Source: Aplysia californica
Taxonomy: Eukaryota
Direction of reading: 5' to 3'
DNA: 64,000 bases
NCBI RefSeq assembly: GCF_000002075.1
Contig: NW_004797391.1
Span: 652,805 to 716,804 of the forward strand
Positions 1 through 11,499 of the stretch are shown one piece after another (within the stretch, counting starts at the first letter, position 1; every line of letters starts with the position of its first letter). The notes under the pieces are model-generated. The model searched no databases, had not been told where the DNA came from, and was given only the letters and a program-made list of their open reading frames with translations. The translations under genes were made by a program, and so were the position numbers.

Positions 1-351
1 ACTGTTTTACTCAGCAGAGATAAGGCTATCATATGCACATTGTTTTGTTGGCTTTAGAGCAAAAAACATTTTTTCATGGTTTTTGCTATATGAAATACAT
101 TGAAAAACAACGCATTAAATGGCTCACGTGGGCCAATAAGCCCCAGCTTTTATGGCTTATTTGCCCATGTGGGCCAATAAGAGCAGCCTAGCTGTAAAGG
201 CAAAATTTTTACTTCCACTACCACACACAGAGATGCACTGCTTTGGAGATCAAGCAGCAATATTTTTGCTGCAGATCACACACCCACTAAAACTGTCGCA
301 AATCAATTATACAAGATCAATTTTACTGCTCATTTTGTAGGCTAGATGGCT

Positions 352-538
352 AGATTCTAGATTCTAGATCTAGATCTAGATCTAGATCTTCTAGATCTAC
401 TGATAAAACATGATACCAAACACTTCAATCAGTATCGATATCCAGTAGTCTTTGCATGTGTGATTTTGTGTTAGAATCTAGATCTAATCTAGAAAAAAAA
501 TCTAGATCTAGATCTAGATACATCTAGATTAGATCTAC
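352..538. repeat. Palindromic (TCTAGA)n arrays in RFC2 intron 1
   Basis: Two clusters of tctagatctaga... at ~352-399 and ~473-538. Confidence 0.9.
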
Positions 539-702
539 CGGGACTGCAATTGTACAGGAGTGCCTTTCTAATCGGTTGCTGATAATATTTTAAGATAATA
601 ATAAGATTCGCATCTCAGCACAGACGCAGGACATAAAAGTTAAAGATCAATGGATTCCGGTCGATTGACATAACAACTAAAACAACTGTTCGGCCTTCTT
701 AC

Positions 703-830
703 CATGGTGTTTCATAACCCCCAGACTTTTTTGTACTCTGCTGCTGAGTGGCAACTTTGTCTTTTGACACTGCTTCTTCAGACTCAACAGCTTGGTCAAC
801 TTCCATGGTTTCAGTTTCTACTCCCGCCAT
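703..830 (-). CDS. RFC2: First coding exon of probable replication factor C subunit 2; the gene continues left of the window
   Basis: Minus strand reads CAAAATGGCG (strong start context), then MAGVETETMEVDQAVESEEAVSKDKVATQQQSTKKSGGYETP-W with the Trp codon split TG|gtaaga (donor at 702-701). Clamp-loader small subunits begin their conserved region with PW-VEKYRP, and YExPW with a phase-2 intron in W fits RFC2 as I recall it. Only one exon is visible. Confidence 0.7.
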
Positions 831-1076
831 TTTGACTCTTTTGCAAAAGAAAACGAGTTTAAACGAGCCAAGTCATAGAGTCCCACCAGAGGAGAGATGG
901 CACTTCGCCCGAATGCGCGTATCTGGGTCACCAGCTGATCGTGGAGAAACGCGCATTCTACTAGTGAAAGATATGTTACCTGGGTCAGCGAAAAGTTGTC
1001 TAAATACAAAGTGCCATCGATCGGTTTTGCTACTTTCTTTGTCCGATTACCACTTTTTTTTTCTTTTCTTTTTTTT

Positions 1077-1905
1077 NNNNNNNNNNNNNNNNNNNNNNNN
1101 NNNNNNNNNNNNNNNNNNNNNNNNNNNNNNNNNNNNNNNNNNNNNNNNNNNNNNNNNNNNNNNNNNNNNNNNNNNNNNNNNNNNNNNNNNNNNNNNNNNN
1201 NNNNNNNNNNNNNNNNNNNNNNNNNNNNNNNNNNNNNNNNNNNNNNNNNNNNNNNNNNNNNNNNNNNNNNNNNNNNNNNNNNNNNNNNNNNNNNNNNNNN
1301 NNNNNNNNNNNNNNNNNNNNNNNNNNNNNNNNNNNNNNNNNNNNNNNNNNNNNNNNNNNNNNNNNNNNNNNNNNNNNNNNNNNNNNNNNNNNNNNNNNNN
1401 NNNNNNNNNNNNNNNNNNNNNNNNNNNNNNNNNNNNNNNNNNNNNNNNNNNNNNNNNNNNNNNNNNNNNNNNNNNNNNNNNNNNNNNNNNNNNNNNNNNN
1501 NNNNNNNNNNNNNNNNNNNNNNNNNNNNNNNNNNNNNNNNNNNNNNNNNNNNNNNNNNNNNNNNNNNNNNNNNNNNNNNNNNNNNNNNNNNNNNNNNNNN
1601 NNNNNNNNNNNNNNNNNNNNNNNNNNNNNNNNNNNNNNNNNNNNNNNNNNNNNNNNNNNNNNNNNNNNNNNNNNNNNNNNNNNNNNNNNNNNNNNNNNNN
1701 NNNNNNNNNNNNNNNNNNNNNNNNNNNNNNNNNNNNNNNNNNNNNNNNNNNNNNNNNNNNNNNNNNNNNNNNNNNNNNNNNNNNNNNNNNNNNNNNNNNN
1801 NNNNNNNNNNNNNNNNNNNNNNNNNNNNNNNNNNNNNNNNNNNNNNNNNNNNNNNNNNNNNNNNNNNNNNNNNNNNNNNNNNNNNNNNNNNNNNNNNNNN
1901 NNNNN
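1077..1905. other. Assembly gap (others: 2882-3033, 4053-4203, 4685-4898, 56712-56902)
   Basis: Runs of N. Confidence 1.
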
Positions 1906-4413
1906 AGGGGGGGGGGACACTGGAGAATGAGTAGATTTGCTGAAAATTAAACAGATTATTCCTTTAATTACGGGGATACTATTTTTTCATATCTAGTATT
2001 TGCGTCTATTTGTTTATTAGAATTATGTTAATTTAACTTAAGCCAAAAACAAGTCTTACAGTTTGTGGCCGAGGGAGGCAGGGGGCAGGCCTCCTTCTTT
2101 GTTAAAGGCCTAGTAACCTAGTGAACTAACTACAGACGGCACTACATTTTCTCATGACATGGCAGAATCCCTGAGCATCGCTGTGGCAGCGATCACCGCG
2201 CGTAAGTGTTTTCGCGCCCCGCGCCGGGCGATACGCGAAACATTGCACTTTTGTTATGGAGCGCCGCCACGAGTGTCACCTCTCTATTACTGTAAACTCT
2301 CTCTGGTCCAGAGGTTATATAATATATAAGTCCTTGGCACAGAATTCTACACTTAATGTAGAATTCTGTGGTCCTTGGAGTTGGCGGAGTCCTTGGCGAA
2401 AGTTTTGTGAGACGGTGTGCGAATAAACATTATTTATACATTATGTTACTTAGTTTGCCCAGAGACCTGATCTGCCTGTTTCTTTCACCCAATCAATTGG
2501 ACACACTGAATATTTTGAAAGGGGGAAGGAGGGACACTTAATCTCCTCTGTTATTTTCCTGAGTCAACCTTTTATCTAACAATTACCTCTGTGGTGCCTG
2601 AGCAAAGATCTTTACTACTGCACCAGGCTAGATCATGAGGTTCCGAAACTAGAGCTTTTGAGGAGAGATCTAAGAAAGCCAAGGGAAATATTTGTCAAAT
2701 TAAATTTGGAGAGAAGTTCAGCATTATTTTGAGGTCGTGGTAGGTGAATCTCTAAAAATGATGGAATGAAATATACAATTTTAAGAACGTAGGGGATACA
2801 TATAATGACGCTACACAGTGTGGATTAATTACATGTTTTCTTTTCTTTTTCTTTTTAAGCCAATCAAAAACTAACGTCTTTNNNNNNNNNNNNNNNNNNN
2901 NNNNNNNNNNNNNNNNNNNNNNNNNNNNNNNNNNNNNNNNNNNNNNNNNNNNNNNNNNNNNNNNNNNNNNNNNNNNNNNNNNNNNNNNNNNNNNNNNNNN
3001 NNNNNNNNNNNNNNNNNNNNNNNNNNNNNNNNNCGGCGGTGCCTGTCGGTTTTTGTTGGCTGTACAACAAAGGAACGATTGCTGACAACAATTTTTATTT
3101 CGTTTCAAGTAAATACATATTAATATTTAATCAACGGTCAAAAAGCATTCGGCTGATTTGAAGATGCTGACTAAAATAGTGGTTCTTTAGTGTGTTGTCG
3201 CACTTCAGAGACTCGTACCGTCATCTTTGTTTATCACACCGGCTCGTATGTAAATTGCCCCTGTCACAATGTGAAACTTCTCTGAGCAAGGCGCGACGCC
3301 TTTCCGAACAGTGCCTGCGCAGCGGTGACGTCAGCCTCCGGGCGAATTCAACTTTTGCCCAGAGAACTAAAGAGACGGCTTCTAATTGCCAAATGGCCTC
3401 TCTGTTATTTACGAAAGAAGGACACGTCTGCAGTACTAATAGATATTATTTTACATAATTTCATCAGTTACATTTATCATTCAACCTGTCTCTTATTACT
3501 GCTTGTACTTTTATTGTTAACATAATTATTTCTATTGAATTTTAAGCCATCCATGGTTCTGTTTGATGTTTTCTTCGTCTCCTACTTCCTGGAGTTACCT
3601 TACTTGGCCAGGACCCTGGACCGGCGATCTTTCGTTCCTCCCAGTAATGTTATAGAGGGAATTTTAACAAGGAGAGGGAAGCATCCCGTTCGGCTGTCAG
3701 GGTCTGGACCTAAAACAATACACCCTTCACCTCCCCCGCCCCTTTTTCCTTTCCCCTTTTTCCCCTTTCCTCTTCTCCGCCTTCACCCTAGCTAGACTCA
3801 AATTTTCATAATTAGCATTTTTCACAGTTCTCTATAGAGAGCAGTGTTCTGCGAGTAGAGAAGAACATAGAAAAAAAAAACTTTTGAATAAGATCAGAAA
3901 TTATCATGGGCTAAATTTGTTAAATGTGTATGAGGCTGTGTGTTTAGTAGGCTACAGTGTGAAGTATCTGGTTCTAGACTTCATCTACATGGGACAGCGT
4001 CGTTGGTAAGGTATCAATTGTCAGGACACAGGTTTCCTTTTTTTACATAGCGNNNNNNNNNNNNNNNNNNNNNNNNNNNNNNNNNNNNNNNNNNNNNNNN
4101 NNNNNNNNNNNNNNNNNNNNNNNNNNNNNNNNNNNNNNNNNNNNNNNNNNNNNNNNNNNNNNNNNNNNNNNNNNNNNNNNNNNNNNNNNNNNNNNNNNNN
4201 NNNTGTACAGGGGCAGGGCTAAGAGGTGGTTGCTTCTCACTTTCAGTTTGTTTTCTAATATACCGTAAAAGTATTTCTTATTTCGTGCCAATCAAGTCAG
4301 TTTCTATCCATATTTCAGTGGCTTCAATCAATGTCTTGAAGCTTTGATTTATATTTTGAAGTTTGTAACTCCATGGATTTTCTTCAACTAGGCTAAACAT
4401 TTTTTATTTATTA

Positions 4414-4420
4414 CCCCCCC

Positions 4421-4470
<50 letters not shown>
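4414..4470. repeat. poly-C plus (CT)n microsatellite; other microsatellites: (TA)n 5754-5803, (CA)n-rich 8770-8975, (GA)n 47420-47475, (CA)n 50803-50880, (CT)n 52902-52958 and 53782-53826
   Basis: Seen directly in the sequence. Confidence 0.95.
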
Positions 4471-4474
<4 letters not shown>

Positions 4475-5413
4475 CCCTCCCTCTCTCTCTTTCTCTCACT
4501 TACCTACCAACCCCACCCACACGCACAAAAAAGCTATAGTGTACCGTTAGGTAAAAAATTGAACGTCTGTCTGTCCGTCTGTTTATCTGTCTGTCTGTCT
4601 GTTGTAGGGGTTCTGAGGGGGAGGGGTGGAGGGGAGGTATCGATTGGAATTACAGTCGGTCAGTTCTACAAACCACCAGCCGCCCNNNNNNNNNNNNNNN
4701 NNNNNNNNNNNNNNNNNNNNNNNNNNNNNNNNNNNNNNNNNNNNNNNNNNNNNNNNNNNNNNNNNNNNNNNNNNNNNNNNNNNNNNNNNNNNNNNNNNNN
4801 NNNNNNNNNNNNNNNNNNNNNNNNNNNNNNNNNNNNNNNNNNNNNNNNNNNNNNNNNNNNNNNNNNNNNNNNNNNNNNNNNNNNNNNNNNNNNNNNNNAG
4901 TCTACTACTAATTTGAAGACTAAAAATATTTTTGTTTGTTATGAAGTATAAAAGGAAAGGACGATTTTATAAAACTCAAAGACGAAATATTGTACCTTGA
5001 ATTAATTATACTACACGTAATAATAATAATGATGTATTGTATTACATGTAGCAATACATAGTGTATAGATTCTAAAGGCCAAACATAGAGTTACTCGTGT
5101 ACATCTGGGCCAAAATAGAACATTTGAAACAACATGTTAACACGGTGTACTGTGGCGTAGTTGTAGACATGATTCAAGGGAAATCACTCTTGTGGTAATA
5201 TATTATTGTTTTGTTCTTCCGAGTCGGCCAACCCACAGCCAGCCATTTGTTTCAGATTTGAAAGCACGCGACGCACGCCTTAAGTGATAGTATAGGAACA
5301 GGCCTACCGATTGTGCGTAGGCACGAGTTCAGCAGGATCGTCGATGTAAACAAAACAACAGTCGGACTTATGAACAAACTCTAGGATTACAAGTGTGTTT
5401 TCAAGATTTCAAG

Positions 5414-5461
5414 ATGCCAAGATACGCTCAACTTGTCATTGGACCTGCGGGAAGTGGGAAA
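5414..5461 (+). CDS. GPN3: GPN3 exon 1 (MPRYAQLVIGPAGSGK, P-loop)
   Basis: ATG at 5414, Walker A GPAGSGK, donor gtatgt at 5462, 48 nt, phase 0. Confidence 0.97.
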
Positions 5462-5749
5462 GTATGTCCATCACAACGCACACACACCAAACTAACAAAT
5501 AAAGGCAGTCGCAGCTCTTTTCTTGTTGTTGTTGTTGCCCCTAGTGGTTTTTGTTGCTGTTGTATGCTGCTGATGTTTTGTTATTATAGTCTATAGGTAG
5601 TGACTGTATTATTTTATTCTTGGACATGTCTCATGATTAGATTCTAAAACTTTTCTTGTTCATCTTTATCTGTGTTTAGACTAATTTATGAACTTTATAG
5701 CCACCACAAATTATTAGTTTATGAAATGTAGTAGGCCTAGAGAGATAAA

Positions 5750-5808
<59 letters not shown>

Positions 5809-5869
5809 TTCTACATTAGTAGCCAAAACTGGGCAGCTGTGTGTAATTTGTTTGTAAAGTTTATCTGTT

Positions 5870-6117
5870 TTTGGTTAGTGTGCTCGTCTTTGAAGCGGAA
5901 AGTCCGGGTTCGCGTCTTGGTTCGGACACAGACCCCCCCCCCCCCCCCCCCCCCCGCTCATCCAGCAGTAATGGGTACCTGACTTTGAGTTGGGGAAGTA
6001 GAGGCGTCATGGAAAGGAACTGGCTACCCTACCACAATATTCCAAAGGCCCAGAAAGTTTTCTCACTGACAAGGCGATCCCCAATATCCGGATCGGATTT
6101 TGGAACAACTTTACTTT
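5870..6117 (+). mobile_element. tRNA-derived SINE in GPN3 intron 1
   Basis: A-box-like tggttagtgtgctcg, B-box-like gggttcgcgtc, central catccagcagtaatgggtacctgac block, actttacttt tail. Confidence 0.75.
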
Positions 6118-6289
6118 AACTTCATCCCTTTTTAATTTGATGTTGCTGCCAACCTTGGTGGCTTTCTTCAGATTTGAAGCTCATGTTTTGACCTTTAGCC
6201 CGAGTCCATTGCTATTTAATTTATTACTGAGATTGATTGGTAGGTGTAGCCCAACCTTTGTTGAAACGGTAAATTTTTACTTTGACTCT

Positions 6290-6390
6290 CGCACACAGAT
6301 GCCTTGCAAGTTGCTTTGGAGGTCAAAGTGCAGACATGTTGTGCTGCAGATCATGCATAAACCAGTAAAACTGTCGCAAATCAATTCTTT
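6290..6390 (+). repeat. Interspersed repeat fragment, also present at ~222-310
   Basis: Shared tgctttggag...tgctgcagatca...taaaactgtcgcaaatcaatt. Confidence 0.7.
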
Positions 6391-6758
6391 TCATGAAAAT
6401 TTCAAACCTAATTGCAAAACATCAAATTATGGGTTAAAACGAAGCCCTATGCGCAGGGGGAATGCCCCTCTGAAACCAACTGGTCTTAGGCGCAGAAATT
6501 ACTACACAATCAGGCTTAGTGTGATAAAGTTCCATTAAAACAAACAAAAACTATTAATTTGCGACGAAATTGAGGTTGATATTTGTGTTCAGTGCGTCAG
6601 TTTTTTATATTATAGTAGAAAATCAACACAGAGTAGCTCTAAGTGTGAAACGGGAGGGAGAGTAAAAGAATACCATTGAAACTCATGTCTCATATATGAC
6701 TAAGTCTGTTCCAGTGCTTAGGCTAATTTGGAGTTTTTAATGTCCCTGCTTTCCCCAG

Positions 6759-6867
6759 TCCACATATTGCAGTAGACTGGTCAAACACTGTGAGGACCTC
6801 AAACGATCGGTGCAAGTTGTAAATCTAGATCCAGCTGCAGAATATTTTGACTACCCTGTCATGGCTG
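6759..6867 (+). CDS. GPN3: GPN3 exon 2 ([36 protein letters not shown])
   Basis: Acceptor ttccccag, donor gtaagt, 109 nt, NLDPA motif of GPN GTPases. Not present in the ORF track. Confidence 0.97.
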
Positions 6868-7480
6868 GTAAGTTGGTGAATTTTTTTTTCTTTTGCTGGT
6901 TGATTTCTCTGCAGATATGAGATTTTCATGCTACTCTTTCTTACTTTCTATATTGTTGTCTATGTCATGTCATTTTGTCCGTCAAAATTTCTGGTGAATG
7001 CAATTGCTTTTCTTCATTGAGATCATGTGTAATGTATTTATCAGCTATAATCTTAACGAGTTGTCAGAATTTTATAGAGTTGCTCATTTTACTTGCTACA
7101 GGGACAATATAATATAGGAGGTTCCATGCTCAACAAACAGTCAGATTAACTTTCATTGATATTGTTTAACCTTTTTACTTCGGAAATGAAGTATGAGACT
7201 CGTCCATTTTAACTTTCTCAAAGTGTGGATAAATTTCTTTACTGTTACTTCATGCGTTAGCACTGTTTGTGGTTCTGAGTCCCCAACTGGTTACATCAAG
7301 AACAGACATGTGCTGAAAATACTTTTTCCCCCTTATAACTTCTTGCAATTAGGAATTTTAAGATTCTGAACTTGTTTCTTTGATCAGATGTAGTGCATGA
7401 AGGAAATGGATTTAAAATAATGTAGCTACGAGAAGTTATAAGGGTAGTCTTTTGGGATCAGCATTTAATTTTTTAAAGTA

Positions 7481-7663
7481 CAGTTGAACCTGCTCTACCT
7501 CCACCCATACGAAACCATCACTGGTAGAATTACAACTTTCTACTACTGTTTTCCTCCCTTCTATATTCTTTACCCCATAATGGCTCCATGTAAGACGTCC
7601 ACCTGTCTAAGGCAACCACTCTTCCTCTTGACAATGGGTGACTGTCTTAGACAATTTCGATTA
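7481..7663. mobile_element. Short Tc1/mariner (Tigger-like) MITE remnant
   Basis: ta|cagttgaacctgctcta at the left end and degenerate inverted tagacaatttcgattata at the right end. Confidence 0.5.
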
Positions 7664-7974
7664 TATATTCACAACATGGTAAAATCAGGGGCTCATCAAT
7701 TTTTTGACATATATGGGGTTATTGGTATAATCTTAACCCTTTGAGCCCTGGCCTCCTAGGGCTACCATGCCGCTCTGCCAGAGCTTCTGAGCGATATATT
7801 AGTTACTAACATTCATATGATCATCAGAATCACATTCCATATCCCACTTTAGGGGGTAGTCCTTGTCATATGTAGCTTCTAATTCAGAAAGATCTTCAAA
7901 ATAATGAATAATTCCAAATAAAAGCTACAATTCAACTAAGTACATAAACTAAGTTCTTTCTTCCTTTCTTTCAG

Positions 7975-8062
7975 ATTTGCGAGATCTCATTCAGATTGAT
8001 GATGCAATGGAGGACACGAGCCTCAACTTTGGTCCCAATGGAGGGCTCATATTTTGCATGGA
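7975..8062 (+). CDS. GPN3: GPN3 exon 3 ([33 protein letters not shown] loop)
   Basis: Polypyrimidine tract plus tttcag acceptor, donor gtaaga, 88 nt, diagnostic GPNGG motif. Confidence 0.97.
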
Positions 8063-9076
8063 GTAAGATCCAATATATTCTTTAGCTTTTGCATCATTTC
8101 TCTCCTCTGCTTCTGTTTTAAGACTGATTGGCTGGCTGATCTTGTTGAGATTTCCCAGACTTTCCCAGTTCTTCAATAAAATCATACCCTTTTAATTTTT
8201 TTACCCCCGTTAATGAAACAGGATTGAATTTGCAAAAAGGAGACCTACTCTGGTTTATTTGCATTTATGCGTCTTGTCGTAAATGATATGAACATGCTCA
8301 TTTTTATTTGCATTTATGTTTTTGCCACTTATATATGTTTTTGTTTTCTGCTTTGGGTTTATAACTATCTGAATCCAGAAGGGTTGTGGGTACTCTGTTT
8401 TTTTTTCCCCTCTCCAAATTCTTATTTTTAGGGAGGGTTCTGAGGAAAATTCAAATTTTTGCTCATGGAGTGGTTGGCAGGTCTGTGTTACTTTCATAAT
8501 TTCTCGTTCTTTATGTGTCAGCGTCAAAATGTTGCTCTACAGTAAGAACAAACTTACCCTTGGTGCTCTCTTTGCTGGTTTCTAGGGGTCTCAGGTTTTG
8601 TTGATGGAACATTTAATACCAGCATCCTAGTTGGAAGTTCTCCATCATGCCTTTTCTCTTCCAAACTGATTTTATAATAATAATAATGAAGATAATTTGT
8701 ATAGCGCCCTCTCCCGTGTAAACACAGGTCTAGGCGCTTTACATAAATGCATGTACGAACAATATTCACGCACGCGACACACACACACACAATTACTCAC
8801 ACTCATACACTTACACACAAACACACACACATGATATACACATACACATTCACGAATACATAACACTTACACATGTTCACACACATGACGCCAAACACAC
8901 GCGCACACACACGCACGCACACACACACACACACACACACATCTACTTGCTTATCACACGCACACGCTTACACATCGTCACGAAATGAGCATAAAATAAT
9001 ATACACAATATGATAGCTCTCCCCCCCGCTGACCTATATTTCTATGGTATGTGTTGTTTATTGTGAACCTTTGGTC

Positions 9077-9258
9077 GTGGGTGGTTGGTGGGTGCTCTGG
9101 TGTGGTTTGCTCTTTCTTTCCTATCAAACATCTATTGTTTTTTTCTCCTTTCCTTCTGTTTTTGTGGTTGTTTTTCTCTTGTAACACCTCTAATCTTCGG
9201 CATTTATATGACCATGTTGTGTTGCAAGTGCCGTGAAACTCAAACTAAAACTGAACCT
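9077..9258 (+). repeat. Interspersed ~180-bp repeat; other copies at ~17343-17548(+), ~32240-32416(-), ~33845-33990(-)
   Basis: Shared ggtggttgg...gtggttt..ctttcct..aaacatct...taacacctctaatcttc...gtgttgcaagt...actaaaac. Confidence 0.75.
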
Positions 9259-9668
9259 TTGGTCTTGTCATTTTTCATGACTTTAACTGTGAACACCCTT
9301 GCGGTAGATTGGTTCACCTATTTTGATAGTACAAGCTTACTGTTTTTACGATGTCTCCAAGGCATTATTTTAAAGCTATCAGGCCATGGTGCCTTGTTTA
9401 GAGTGAAAAATGCTCTTTAATTTTTCATGTTATCCACCCAAACTGAAGGGAAAGTGTTCTTTGATACTTGAAATTCAAAGAGTTGGTTCTTAGAGGGTGC
9501 TGATAATGGGCTGTACCTATTTACTGTCTGTATCCTTCTGCTCTTTCTGTCTGTCTACCCTTTTCCCGGCTGTCCATAAATGGCTGTTATCTTGTCAATC
9601 TGTGCCTTACTCGTTTAGATAAATTTGGTACTACAAAATAAGTTCTTGTATCTTTTTTATATTTTCAG

Positions 9669-9748
9669 ATATTTGGCACAGAATTTTGACTGGTTGCAAG
9701 AACAGCTGGATGAGCAGGAAGATGATTACATCCTGTTTGATTGTCCTG
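9669..9748 (+). CDS. GPN3: GPN3 exon 4 ([27 protein letters not shown])
   Basis: ttttcag acceptor, gtaagt donor, 80 nt, Walker B DCPG; phases match the neighbouring exons. Confidence 0.97.
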
Positions 9749-11499
9749 GTAAGTCATCAACAAATTATTGTCTTGTCACGCAAATGATCAGCGAGAGTGC
9801 CTCTCATTTAATTTCTTACATTGACTTTAGTTTGCATTTAGTTGCTCAATATGTACACTTACAGTCCAAGCTTGTTTATTCTTTAAAAATGTTGTTCTCA
9901 CATTGTCAAACTGGATGTTTTTTACAGAGAGTATTGAGGAAAGTTTTCCCATCATGATAACTTGATCTTTGGGAGGAGTCTGTTGTTGTTCTTTTAAATG
10001 TAGGATATTTAATACCCCCTAATTAAAGTGGTGGGCTTCAGCTGTGCATTTCAGACCCAGCTGAGGCAGAGAAAGATGCAATGTCCCAGCAGAAAAACCG
10101 AGATTCTCAAATAAAATTATACCCACTTGGAAATCGAAGTTGTTTTTAAAAAAAAAATAATTTTTTTGCATGTGAGGGTGAAGCACCAAACCGCTGCACT
10201 GAATCATCAGTATGGAAGTGGTACATTCGGAAAACATGAACAGAAAAAGTTATTATATATGTGATATAGTTTGAGGAAATTAGGCACATGGTTAGGAGTG
10301 TTTTTAAGTGAATTGACAAAAAAGTCAAAATGCGTCATCTGATGAAAAATAGTTCTTGGCTGGAACTAACAGTTTAGTCATTTTTAGGTTTTCAAGACAT
10401 AATACTGTTTAAAAACCCCCAAAAAGTTTTTTTGATAATCTTTTTAGGAACGTGTGTTGAAAATCGTTCATAATTTTGGAACCATTTGCGCCATCTTATT
10501 TTAGGATTTTAAGAAAAGGCCATAAGAAGGCCTGGAAACTCCCACATTGCATACCATTTTAAAGGTCTCTCATTGGAGTTTCTCCAGAAATTTTGTGCAT
10601 ATGAAATATACAAATAGGCTTGATCTTATTTAGACCTGCAGGTTTGCCGACAATCGCGACCCGATCTGCGAGCTGGCCGATGCTATCGCTAGGCCCGCCT
10701 GTATCAGTCAATGTGCGTAGTGCGAGGCCTGGCCGACTGCCAGCGACCCCTTTTTCTCCCGTCGGCTTCGTCGGCACTTTCGTTTTCGTGCCGACCGTCG
10801 ACGTGCGCACCGCCGACTGCCGACGTCGGCGTTTCCGACATAATTGTCGGAACCTAAGTAGAAATGCGAATACGAAAAAGGACGACAACTTAAATTATCT
10901 AGGCCAACTGTACTTTCAGTTTCGTGCTCGAGCGGCCATTTTGAATTTCGTTTGTTGACTAATTCAATTGTTCAGATCGTGTGGATTCATTCAAGTCCGA
11001 TTCTCTTGCTCTAATAGAATCTAGATCTAGATCTAGATCCAGATTTATATAGATCATTATAGACCTCAATGGAGGATTCATATTCCAATTCTATTGTGTC
11101 AAACCCTATCATAGGTTGTGCTGTAATATTAATATTGGTAAAAATAAGCATTACATCAGGTGCGTGAATTATTTATTTATTTATCTTAAATCTAGAATCT
11201 AGACTCAGCTGAGTCCCTCTGTTAAGAATCGGATGCGGATTTCTAGTTCAAGGCCTGCACATCCAAGACCTGTTACAAAAGCCACTACAAGCTGACCCTT
11301 GTTATTTTGTTAACTTGTGTCGCTTTTGTGGAATTAAGCTTTTATTATAAAGTTTCCAGTGTTGTGAAATGTGAAATCACAAAGTTCATTATTGAATTTT
11401 TATCAGTTCAACTCTTGAAATATAACTTTTTAATCTGGTGTTTATTTGACTTTTTGTTGAACACAGTCCAGGTTTGTTTATGTTATCAATGGTTTCCAA

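Larger units (their letters stand above)
831..5413. promoter_or_regulatory. Divergent intergenic region between RFC2-like and GPN3 start codons (contains 4 gaps)
   Basis: Head-to-head ATGs at 830(-) and 5414(+). CpG-retaining patches near 860-1030, 2180-2280 and 5210-5350; YY1-like CAAAATGGCG at the RFC2 start. Confidence 0.55.

Noticed and set aside
748-1950. Long ORFs spanning N runs (also near 2752-3108, 4043-4951 and 56567-57028)
   Set aside because: Artefacts of assembly gaps translated as X.
10559-10958. Overlapping 109/112-aa ORFs
   Set aside because: GC-rich transposon promoter-like DNA that lacks stop codons; no recognisable protein features or splice support.
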